11,362 nt of DNA, from positions 1 to 11,362 of the forward strand of contig JBQTGV010000031.1 in assembly GCA_052390515.1 (NCBI GenBank), given 5' to 3'. Source of the stretch: Candidatus Eiseniibacteriota bacterium (lineage in GTDB: Bacteria > ARS69). Of this stretch, positions 1 through 8,380 are shown in pieces; the stretch's first letter is position 1, and each line of letters opens with the position of its first letter. The notes under the pieces are model-generated. The model did not search any database. It saw only the letters and a program-made list of their open reading frames with translations, and had not been told where the DNA came from. Both the position numbers and the translations under genes were made by a program.

Positions 1-1
1 C

Positions 2-850
<849 letters not shown>

Positions 851-873
851 CGGGCCGGTTACTGATCTCCCGG

Positions 874-911
874 GGCAACCCTGGCGGCTCCGCGCCGCCT
901 TCCGGGCTGCC
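874..911 (+). terminator. GC-rich stem-loop downstream of thiC, possible terminator
   Basis: Inner stem GGCGGC/GCCGCC (883-888/894-899) with outer stem GGCAACCC/GGGCTGCC. Only a weak T-tract (GTTT) follows. Confidence 0.3.
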
Positions 912-913
912 GT

Positions 914-943
914 TTGCGGTCGGTTTGGGTGCGGCGTTAGAAT
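914..943 (+). promoter_or_regulatory. Putative sigma70-type promoter for the first lipoprotein gene
   Basis: TTGCGG (914-919), an 18 nt spacer, then TAGAAT (938-943), which ends 7 nt before ATG 951. Confidence 0.55.
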
Positions 944-950
944 GGCCGGC

Positions 951-1598
951 ATGAAGAGACACGTACTCCGAGCAGCGGTAATCCCCTTCGCCTTGACGCT
1001 CGCGGCCTGCGGCGAAGGCGACGGTCTGCTCGAGGGGATCGACGAGCTCGACGACGGTCTCGTCGGTGGAATCCCGACCAACCTGACCGACCCCGCGGCC
1101 GTCATCGGGAGTCACGCGGCGGCGCTCGGGGCGAAGAACCTCGACGCGTACACCGCGTTGCTCGAGCCCGAGCCGGCGGGGCGCAGCGCGGAAGCGGGGT
1201 TCCGCTTCTATCCCTTGGACACCGATGCGGCCCAGTTCCCGTGGATGACCGGCGATTCCTGGGGCGCCGCCGACGAGCTCCGTTTCATGGGCAACATGTT
1301 CGACCCGGAGTTCTCGGGAGCGCAGCCGCCGGTGGACTCGATCGAGATGGGCTTCACCATCCTCTCGCAGCGGGAGGTCCAGGCACCGCTGTACGAGATC
1401 ACCATCGCCGCGCTCATCACCGTGCTGACCGCCCCGGACGAGGGATTCTCCACGGACACGAAGTTCATCGTGCTTCTGGCCAGGCAGGCGGATGGGTACT
1501 ACCGCATCCGGGAGATTCGGGAGGTCCCCAGGCAGCTGCGCGGCGCCGCCGCGGTCGCGGAGGCTTCCTGGGGCGAGAACAAGGCCCTCTACCGGTAA
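951..1598 (+). CDS. Putative lipoprotein of unknown function, possibly NTF2/SnoaL-like, with a C-terminal SWGxxKALYR motif
   Basis: MKRHVLRAAVIPFALTLAAC is a basic n-region, a hydrophobic h-region and a LAAC lipobox. ATG 951 is preferred over ATG 942 because 942 lies inside the -10 box. The protein ends ASWGENKALYR. Confidence 0.85.
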   Translation: MKRHVLRAAVIPFALTLAACGEGDGLLEGIDELDDGLVGGIPTNLTDPAAVIGSHAAALGAKNLDAYTALLEPEPAGRSAEAGFRFYPLDTDAAQFPWMTGDSWGAADELRFMGNMFDPEFSGAQPPVDSIEMGFTILSQREVQAPLYEITIAALITVLTAPDEGFSTDTKFIVLLARQADGYYRIREIREVPRQLRGAAAVAEASWGENKALYR

Positions 1599-1627
1599 CC
1601 AGCCCCCGCGCCACCCACGAGCTTCGT

Positions 1628-1636
1628 TGCTATACT
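1628..1636 (+). promoter_or_regulatory. Putative extended -10 promoter for the second lipoprotein and downstream genes
   Basis: TGcTATACT (TGn plus a TATAAT-like box) in a GC-rich intergenic gap. GGAG SD at 1655-1658 precedes ATG 1668. Confidence 0.55.
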
Positions 1637-1667
1637 CCGCTTGGTCCGCCCTCCGGAGCGAAACCGC

Positions 1668-2279
1668 ATGACATCTGTCCGGCGCCACGCCCTCGCCCTG
1701 TCGGCCGCCGCCCTCGCCCTCTCCGGCTGCGGAGGGGGAGGCTCGGGCCCAGCCGGCCCGCCGCCTCCGGACCTGACCACCCCGGACGGGGCCATCCTGG
1801 CCCTGGAGGACTTCTACAGCCACCGCCTGGCCGATGAAGCCATCGCGCTGCTGGCCCCGAACTACCGCTTCTTCCCGGCGGAGCCCGAGTCCCTCGCGTT
1901 CCTCGGCGCCGGCGAGACCTCCTGGGACCAGACCCGCGAGGTGGCCATCCTCCGCGAACTGCTCGTCGAGGAGCGAAGCATCTGGATCGATCAGGTGCTT
2001 CTCGAGGTGACGACCGAGTCCATCTCCTACAGCTCCGACCAATCGGCCGTCGACATCGAGGCGAAGGTCGAGCTCGGCCTTCTGCTCGGCGTGGACCTGT
2101 ACCTCAAGGCGCAGTCCGTCATGATGATGCACTACGAGCGGGACGCAGAAGGGAACTACCTGCTCGTCGAGGAGCACGAGAGCCTGTTCCGCGACGACGA
2201 CGGTACGGTGCTCGCCGAGCTCACCGTGGGTGAGCACAAGGCAGCGGTCCTTCTCGGCCCCGGCGGCACGCAGAACTGA
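1668..2279 (+). CDS. Putative lipoprotein, likely paralog of the upstream lipoprotein
   Basis: MTSVRRHALALSAAALALSGC has an LSGC lipobox followed by a Gly/Pro linker. SD GGAG lies 9 nt upstream. It shares the LTxP / ALLxP / (Y/F)RF(F/Y)P / SWxxxxE pattern with 951-1598. Confidence 0.85.
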   Translation: MTSVRRHALALSAAALALSGCGGGGSGPAGPPPPDLTTPDGAILALEDFYSHRLADEAIALLAPNYRFFPAEPESLAFLGAGETSWDQTREVAILRELLVEERSIWIDQVLLEVTTESISYSSDQSAVDIEAKVELGLLLGVDLYLKAQSVMMMHYERDAEGNYLLVEEHESLFRDDDGTVLAELTVGEHKAAVLLGPGGTQN

Positions 2280-2286
2280 TACCTTG

Positions 2287-2313
2287 TCCTCGCCGTTTCC
2301 CGCGGCGAGGAGG
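2287..2313 (+). promoter_or_regulatory. Perfect 9-bp hairpin overlapping the Shine-Dalgarno site of the oxidoreductase gene
   Basis: TCCTCGCCG (2287-2295) pairs with CGGCGAGGA (2303-2311) around a 7 nt loop. SD GAGGAGG is at 2307-2313 and ATG at 2319. Confidence 0.6.
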
Positions 2314-2318
2314 CGTCC

Positions 2319-3359
2319 ATGCCCGCCACCATGGGTGCTGTGGTCTTCCGCGCGCACGGCGGGCCCGACGTGCTGGAGTGGGCGGATGTCCCTCGTCCCA
2401 TCCCGCAGCGGGACGAAGTGCTGGTGAAGGTCTCGGCGTGCGGTGTGAACCGGCTGGACCTCTTCACGCGCGCCGGCCATCCCTCGCTGAAGCTCCGGCT
2501 CCCGCACATCCTGGGCTGCGAGCCGGTCGGCACGGTGGCGGAGCTCGGTCCCGACGCGTCCGGCTTCGCCCCGGGGGAACGCGTGCTCGTGGCGCCCGGC
2601 CAGCTCCGGGAGTTCCACGCCGACCGGCGGCGACCCTACTCCACGTACCCGGACTATCACGTCGTGGGTCACGGATTGCCGGGCGGGTACGGAGAGTACA
2701 TGACCGCCCGCGCCGAGAACTTGGTGCGCGTCGGGGAGCGCTGGTCGCTGGAGGAGTGGGCGGCCACGCCTCTCGTGTTCCTGACCGCCTGGCGCATGCT
2801 CGCCGAGCGAGCGCGCGTCCGCCCCGGAGAGACCGTGCTGGTGATCGCCGCGGGCAGCGGAGTCGGCTCGTCGGCCGTACAGATCGCGCGGCATCTGGGG
2901 TGCCGCGTCATCGCCACCGCGGGAACGGACGCGAAGCTGGAGAAGGCCGCGGCCCTCGGCGCGCACCACGGCGTGAGCCACGCGGACGAGGACTGGCCGA
3001 AGGCGGTGAGGCGGCTCACCGGTGGACGCGGCGTGGACGTCGTCGTCGAGCACGTAGGGCAGGCCGTCTTCGCGAAGGCGGTCACCACGCTTGCGCACGG
3101 GGGGCGTCTCGTCACCTGCGGGGTGACCACGGGGACCGAGGCGAAGATCGACGTGTCGCATCTCTTCGTGAAACAGCTCTCGCTGCTCGGCAGCTACATG
3201 GGCGATTTCCACGAGCTCGTCGAAGTCGTCGCGCTGCTCGAGGCGGGTCATCTCCGGCCGGTCGTCGACCGCGTGCTCCCGGTGCGGGAAGCTGCCGCCG
3301 CGCATCGCCGGCTCGAGTCCGGCGAGCACTTCGGCAAGATCGTGCTGAAGCACGGGTAA
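2319..3359 (+). CDS. Medium-chain dehydrogenase/reductase (zinc-ADH-like / quinone oxidoreductase family)
   Basis: Motifs HGGPDVLE, EVLVKVSACGVNRLD, LPHILGCEPVGTV, nucleotide-binding AAGSGVGS, GVDVVVEHVG, GGRLVTCG and C-terminal HFGKIVL. Strong SD. Confidence 0.95.
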   Translation: MPATMGAVVFRAHGGPDVLEWADVPRPIPQRDEVLVKVSACGVNRLDLFTRAGHPSLKLRLPHILGCEPVGTVAELGPDASGFAPGERVLVAPGQLREFHADRRRPYSTYPDYHVVGHGLPGGYGEYMTARAENLVRVGERWSLEEWAATPLVFLTAWRMLAERARVRPGETVLVIAAGSGVGSSAVQIARHLGCRVIATAGTDAKLEKAAALGAHHGVSHADEDWPKAVRRLTGGRGVDVVVEHVGQAVFAKAVTTLAHGGRLVTCGVTTGTEAKIDVSHLFVKQLSLLGSYMGDFHELVEVVALLEAGHLRPVVDRVLPVREAAAAHRRLESGEHFGKIVLKHG

Positions 3360-3366
3360 GCACACG

Positions 3367-5061
3367 TTGGCGAGGGATGCCCTGCTGGCGGCGGCGGCCG
3401 CCGTTCTCGTCTTCGCCTCGAGCCTCGGCAACGGCTTCGCCTACGACGATGCGGTCGTCGTCCGTGACAACCCGCTCGTGGCGTCGGGTGGCTTCGGGGA
3501 GACTTTCGTAAGCCCCTACTGGCCTAGAGCCGAGGCGCACCGTTACCGGCCGGAGGTCACCTACCGGCCGCTCACGATCCTTTCGTTCGCGTTCAACCGC
3601 CGCGTGTTCGGCGAAAGCCCCTTCTCTTTCCACCTGACGAACGTGCTGCTGCACGCGCTGGCGGCGGCGCTCGTCGTCGTCCTGGCGCGCCGGCTCGGCG
3701 CGGGCCGGGGCGTGGGGTTCGTCGCCGCACTCCTCTTTGCCGTGCACCCCATCCACACCGAGGCGGTCGCGAACGTCGTGGGGCGCGGCGAGTTGCTCGC
3801 GGCGCTCTTCTGGATCGCCGCGCTGACCGTGCACGTCGCGCGGCCGCCTGCCGCCCCGCTCGGCGTGCTGCTGCTTTCGCTGGCGGCGTGTCTGTCCAAG
3901 GAAGTGGCCGTCACCCTCCCCGCGGCGATCGTCCTCATCGCCTGGTTCCGCGGAAACGCGTCCTCGCGGGACACGCTCACCGATCTCGCGGCAGCGGTCG
4001 TGGCGGTGCTCGCGTTCCTCGGGGCGCGCTCGGCGGTGCTCGGCGCGGCTCTGGATCCCGGTGCCGCGGCGACCTACTGGGATGGAGGGGACGTGGGCGT
4101 GCGCGTGGCGACGGCCTTCGCGGCCCTCGCGAAGTACGCGCAGCTCTTCGCCTTCCCGGCGACGCTCTCGGCGGACTACAGCTTCGCCCAGTTTCCCGCG
4201 GCGAGGAGTCTGGCCGATCCGCGCGCTCTCGCCGGGCTCGTGCTGCTTGCAGCGTGTATCGCCGGCACGGTCGCGCTCCTGCGCCGCCGGTCCCTCGCCG
4301 GCCTCGGCCTCGCGCTCTTCGTCATCGCGTTTCTCCCGGTGTCGAACCTCCTCTTCCCGCTCAACGTGATCCTCGCGGAGCGGCTGCTGCATCTTCCGTC
4401 GCTCGGTCTGGGTCTCGCCGCGGCCGCCCTCGCCGTGCCGCGGCTCTCGGCGGGCGCAGCCGGCCGCGTTGTCCTGGCCGTCGTCCTCGTGACCCTCGCC
4501 GCGAGGTCCGCGGTGCGCAATCCGGTGTGGGCGGACGACGCTGCGCTCTTCGAGCGGACCGTTCAGGATGCGCCGCGCAGCGCGAAGGCGTGGGTGGGGC
4601 TCGGGAGCGTCCGCGCGGGGCAGGGCCGCAGGGAGGAGGCGCGCGCATGCTTCGAGAAGACGCTCGGAATCGACGCCGACGAGTACGCCGCGCACGACGG
4701 GCTCGGGCACCTCGCGCTGGAGCGCGGCGAGTGGGTCGAAGCGATGGGGCACTTCCAAGAGGCGGCGCGCGTCAGTCCGGCGGAGCCGGCGCCGCTGTAC
4801 AATGCCGGCATCGTGCATCTGCGCGGCGGCAATCCGGGCCGCGCCGTCGAGGCGTTCGAGGCGGCGCTGGCGCTCGATCCGCGCCACGCCCTCTCCATCG
4901 AAGGGCTCGCGGTGGCGTGGCAGACGCTCGCCGTGCGGCAGTCGGCGGCGGGGATGAATGCGGAGGCGGAGAGCAGTCTGGTCGCGGGGATCGCGCGGGT
5001 CCGGGAGCTCGGGGGGCAGACGACGGAGCTCGAGCGCGTGCTGGAGGAACTACGGCGCTGA
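3367..5061 (+). CDS. TMTC-like membrane protein (GT-C-like glycosyltransferase domain, DUF1736-like segment, C-terminal TPR repeats)
   Basis: Motifs FAYDD, YRPLT, FHLTNVLLH, LLFAVHPIHTEAVANVVGRGELL, SKE, LSADYS, AERLLHLPSLG and RNPVW. Many hydrophobic helices, then about 3-4 TPR repeats. The TTG start is uncertain (no clear SD). Confidence 0.9.
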   Translation: MARDALLAAAAAVLVFASSLGNGFAYDDAVVVRDNPLVASGGFGETFVSPYWPRAEAHRYRPEVTYRPLTILSFAFNRRVFGESPFSFHLTNVLLHALAAALVVVLARRLGAGRGVGFVAALLFAVHPIHTEAVANVVGRGELLAALFWIAALTVHVARPPAAPLGVLLLSLAACLSKEVAVTLPAAIVLIAWFRGNASSRDTLTDLAAAVVAVLAFLGARSAVLGAALDPGAAATYWDGGDVGVRVATAFAALAKYAQLFAFPATLSADYSFAQFPAARSLADPRALAGLVLLAACIAGTVALLRRRSLAGLGLALFVIAFLPVSNLLFPLNVILAERLLHLPSLGLGLAAAALAVPRLSAGAAGRVVLAVVLVTLAARSAVRNPVWADDAALFERTVQDAPRSAKAWVGLGSVRAGQGRREEARACFEKTLGIDADEYAAHDGLGHLALERGEWVEAMGHFQEAARVSPAEPAPLYNAGIVHLRGGNPGRAVEAFEAALALDPRHALSIEGLAVAWQTLAVRQSAAGMNAEAESSLVAGIARVRELGGQTTELERVLEELRR

Positions 5062-5063
5062 GT

Positions 5064-5525
5064 CTACTTCCCGCGGCCGAGCTTCCGCACCACGTCGAAG
5101 TGACGCTTCTCCACCGGCTGCACGGAGAGGCGCGCTCCCTGCTTCGCCACCATCATGCCGGCGAGCTCCTTCGCGGCCTTGATCCTCTCGAGCGTCACGA
5201 CCTCGGCGAACCTCTCCACGAACTCGACGTCGACGACGAACCAGATCGGCTGCGCCTTCGTCGCCTTGGGCTCGAAGTACTCGGAGCGGCGGTCGAACTG
5301 CGTCGGGTCGGGGTAGCCGCTCTGGCACACCCGCGCAATGCCGGCGACGCCCTTGTCCTTGGCCACGGAGTGGTAGAAGAGCACGAGGTCGCCGGGCTGC
5401 ATCTCGTCCCGGAGGAAGTTTCGCGCCTGGAAGTTGCGCACGCCGCTCCAGAAGGTCCGGCCGTCCCGCTCGAGATCGGCGATCGAGTAGACGTCCGGCT
5501 CGGTCTTCATCAGCCAGCAGCGCAC
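5064..5525 (-). CDS. EVE domain-containing protein (PUA/ASCH-like nucleic-acid-binding fold)
   Basis: Motifs WLMKTEP, WSGVRNFQARNFLRDEMQPGDLVLFYHS, YPDPTQFD and RLSVQPV. Start re-assigned to GTG 5525 because AGGAG lies 10 nt upstream (5536-5540) and EVE proteins begin just before WLMK. Confidence 0.95.
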   Translation of the reverse strand: MRCWLMKTEPDVYSIADLERDGRTFWSGVRNFQARNFLRDEMQPGDLVLFYHSVAKDKGVAGIARVCQSGYPDPTQFDRRSEYFEPKATKAQPIWFVVDVEFVERFAEVVTLERIKAAKELAGMMVAKQGARLSVQPVEKRHFDVVRKLGRGK

Positions 5526-5643
5526 AGCGTCTTCGCTCCTCGTTCGCCGAAACCCGGGCGAAAGTGAAGCACGGACCAGCACTGGACGCCAACGTGGGCA
5601 TTGACGACCACGTCGTCGCCAAAGGGCCGGGCAGCCGGACCCA

Positions 5644-5672
5644 TTGACCCTGGGGTGTCGAATGGCTAACGT
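5644..5672 (+). promoter_or_regulatory. Putative sigma70 promoter of the radical SAM / redoxin operon
   Basis: TTGACC (5644-5649), a 17 nt spacer, then TAACGT (5667-5672). GGAG SD precedes TTG 5720. Confidence 0.6.
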
Positions 5673-5719
5673 CTTTTCGCCGCATCCGCCGGCACCCTCG
5701 ACCCATCCCGGAGAGCCCC

Positions 5720-8380
5720 TTGAACCTGGCCGAGATCCTTCTCGACGAGATCCTGCCGCGCGTCGAGAAGCCGAGCCGCTACCTCGGCAACGAGCTGAAC
5801 GCCGTCCGCAAGGAGGCGAAGAAGGGCGATCTCCGCTTCGCCCTGGCTTTCCCGGACCTGTACGACGTCGGGCTCTCGAACCTCGGGATCCTCATCCTCT
5901 ACGACATCCTCAACCGCATGGACGGCGTGGTGGCCGAGCGCACGTACGCACCGGGCGTCGATCTGGAGGCGCAGCTCCGCGCCCGGGGCCTGCCCATCTT
6001 CTCGTGGGAGACGAAGACCCCGCTCGGGCAGTTCGATGCCATCGGGTTCTCCATCCAGTACGAGCTCGCCGCGACGAACATCCTGACCATGCTCGACCTG
6101 GCCGGGATCCCGCTCCGCGCCGAGGACCGCGGTGACGACGATCCCGTCATCTTCGCCGGCGGCCCGTGCGTGTATCACCCCGAACCGTACGCGCGCTTCA
6201 TCGACGCGTTCGTGATCGGCGACGGGGAAGACGCCGTCATGGGCGTGGCCAACTGCCTGCGTGAGACGCGCGGGATGCCGCGGCACGCCCGGCTCGATGC
6301 GCTCACCGAGGTTCCCGGGGTGTACGTGCCGCTACTCTATCCGATGATCACAGGCGCCGGCGGCGCCGTCCTGCCCGACCCTTCCGGCCCGAGGATCAAG
6401 AAGGCCCTGATCCGCAGCCTGGATACCGCGCCGTTCCCGACGAGCTACATCGTGCCGTACACGCAGCAGGTTCACGACCGCGTCTCGCTGGAGGTTCTGC
6501 GTGGCTGCACGCAGGGCTGCCGCTTCTGCCAGGCGGGGATGACCTACCGGCCGGTCCGCGAGAGAAGTCTCGAAACGGTGGATCGCCTCCTCCGCGAGAC
6601 TGTTTCCAAGACCGGTTACGAGGAGATCTCGCTCTCCAGCCTCTCGACCTGCGACTACTCGAAGGTCAAGCACCTGGTGCAGAACTCCGTGCAGGCGCTG
6701 ACGCCGCAGGCCGTCGCCGTGACGCTGCCCTCGCTGCGCACCGATTCCTTCTCCGTGGATCTCGCCGACATGGTGGCCACGGCGAAGAAATCCGGCATCA
6801 CCTTCGCGCCGGAAGCGGCGACGCCGCGGCTCCGTGCGCTCATCGACAAGTGGATCCCGGACGAGGAGCTGCTGCAGACCACCGGCTCGGTCTTCGCCCG
6901 CGGATGGAACAAGGTGAAGCTGTACTTCATGATCGGCCATCCGACGGAGACCGACGAGGACGTCGAGGCGATCGGCAACCTCGCGCTGCGCGTGCTGGAG
7001 CGCGGGCGGACGGTGAACCGCGGAGCGCAGGTGAACGTGGGCGTCTCCACCTTCATTCCCAAGCCGTTCACGCCGTTCCAGTGGGAGCGGCAGATCGACA
7101 TGGACGAGACGCGGCACAAGCAGGCGATCCTGCGCCGCATGCTCGCGGTGCGCGGCATCCGTTTCCGCCCGCACGAGGCGGAGAACTCCTGGCTGGAAGG
7201 CATCGTCTCCCGCGGGGACCGTCGCGTGGGCGGGCTCTTCGAGCTGGCCTGGCGCGAGGGCGCGCGGCTCGACGGCTGGACCGAGCACTTCGACTTCGCG
7301 AAGTGGCAGCGCGCCGTGGAGAAGTGGGGCATCGAGCCGGCGTCGCTGCTGCGCGAGCGCGGAATCGACGAGCCGCTTCCCTGGGATCACATCGACATCT
7401 TCATCGACAAGCAGTTCCTCGCCGACGATCTGTGCAAGGCGAAGTCGAAGATGCTGGAGGAGGCTCTGACCAACGACTGCCGCAACGGATGCCACGTATG
7501 CGGCGTGATCCACGAGGACAAGAAGCTCTGCAACACGATGATCCGGACCTACAAGAGCGGTCAGAAGGAGACGATGATCTGGAAGCAGGCGCCGCCTCCG
7601 AAGACGATCTGGGGCCGGCCCGACGTCGCGCGGATGCGCTTCCGCTTCACCAAGGACGACGACGTGCGGCTGCTCTCCCACCTCGAGCTGCAGCACGCCA
7701 TGGTGCGCGCTCTTCGCCGGGCGAACGTGCCGGCGTCCTACACGAACGGATTCAGCCCGGGGATGAAGCTGGCCTTCGGCGACGCGCTCCCGGTGGGCAT
7801 GTCCAGCGAGGGCGAGTACGGCGACGTCCGCCTGCACGAGGCGATGGATCCGGAAACGTTCGTGGCGCGGCTGCGCGACGTGGCGCCGGCCGGCGTCCGC
7901 GTGCTCGCCGCCACGCGTGTCGATCTGCATGCCCCGTCGCTCACGTCGAAAGTGGATGCGGCGCGGTATCTCGTGCGTCTCGGCCGCGTGGGCGTGACGC
8001 AGCCCGAGGCAGAGGCGCGCGTGCAGGATTTCCTGGCGGCAGGCGAGATGTGGGTGGAGAAGCGGGTGGCGAAGAAGCGCGGCGACAAGATCGTGCGCCT
8101 CGACGTGCGTCACATCGTCCGCGAGGTCGAGGTCGTGCTCCGTGATGGCCAGCCGTGCCTCGATGTCGTGGTCGGCCGGCTCTCCGGAAACCTCGGCCGC
8201 CCACGCGAGCTCGTCATGGCGCTCTTCGGTCTGGACCGCGCCGCCGTGCTCGACGTGAAGGCGCACAAGCTCGACTCCTTCGTGGATTTCGACGGCCGCC
8301 TCGTCTCGGTCGGCTGCGGATGGGCGGCCGGCCGCTTCGATCCCTGGTCGGGAGAAGTGCTCGCGCCGCTCGCGGTGTGA
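5720..8380 (+). CDS. TIGR03960-like B12-binding radical SAM protein fused to a TIGR03936/DUF2344-like radical-SAM-associated domain
   Basis: N-terminal VEKPSRYLGNELN and FPDLYDVGLSNLG. CTQGCRFC motif at 6506-6529, then LPSLR, TFAPEA, KLYFMIGHPTET, FIPKPFTPFQW, GARLDGWTEHF and LPWDHID. From about 7631: RFRFTK...LSHLEL...YTNGFSP..LAFGDALPVGMSSEGEY. Confidence 0.93.
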   Translation: MNLAEILLDEILPRVEKPSRYLGNELNAVRKEAKKGDLRFALAFPDLYDVGLSNLGILILYDILNRMDGVVAERTYAPGVDLEAQLRARGLPIFSWETKTPLGQFDAIGFSIQYELAATNILTMLDLAGIPLRAEDRGDDDPVIFAGGPCVYHPEPYARFIDAFVIGDGEDAVMGVANCLRETRGMPRHARLDALTEVPGVYVPLLYPMITGAGGAVLPDPSGPRIKKALIRSLDTAPFPTSYIVPYTQQVHDRVSLEVLRGCTQGCRFCQAGMTYRPVRERSLETVDRLLRETVSKTGYEEISLSSLSTCDYSKVKHLVQNSVQALTPQAVAVTLPSLRTDSFSVDLADMVATAKKSGITFAPEAATPRLRALIDKWIPDEELLQTTGSVFARGWNKVKLYFMIGHPTETDEDVEAIGNLALRVLERGRTVNRGAQVNVGVSTFIPKPFTPFQWERQIDMDETRHKQAILRRMLAVRGIRFRPHEAENSWLEGIVSRGDRRVGGLFELAWREGARLDGWTEHFDFAKWQRAVEKWGIEPASLLRERGIDEPLPWDHIDIFIDKQFLADDLCKAKSKMLEEALTNDCRNGCHVCGVIHEDKKLCNTMIRTYKSGQKETMIWKQAPPPKTIWGRPDVARMRFRFTKDDDVRLLSHLELQHAMVRALRRANVPASYTNGFSPGMKLAFGDALPVGMSSEGEYGDVRLHEAMDPETFVARLRDVAPAGVRVLAATRVDLHAPSLTSKVDAARYLVRLGRVGVTQPEAEARVQDFLAAGEMWVEKRVAKKRGDKIVRLDVRHIVREVEVVLRDGQPCLDVVVGRLSGNLGRPRELVMALFGLDRAAVLDVKAHKLDSFVDFDGRLVSVGCGWAAGRFDPWSGEVLAPLAV

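Noticed and set aside
2277-2321. Sec read-through at the lipoprotein TGA 2277, which is in frame with the oxidoreductase ATG 2319 and followed by a hairpin
   Set aside because: The loop (TTTCCCG) has no G in its first two positions and there is no redox-motif context. The downstream gene has its own strong SD, and a lipoprotein fused to a cytoplasmic dehydrogenase is implausible.
8155-8379. N-terminal extension of the redoxin ORF given in the ORF track
   Set aside because: It overlaps the radical SAM coding region. The redoxin fold starts at ATG 8380 with a TGATG overlap.
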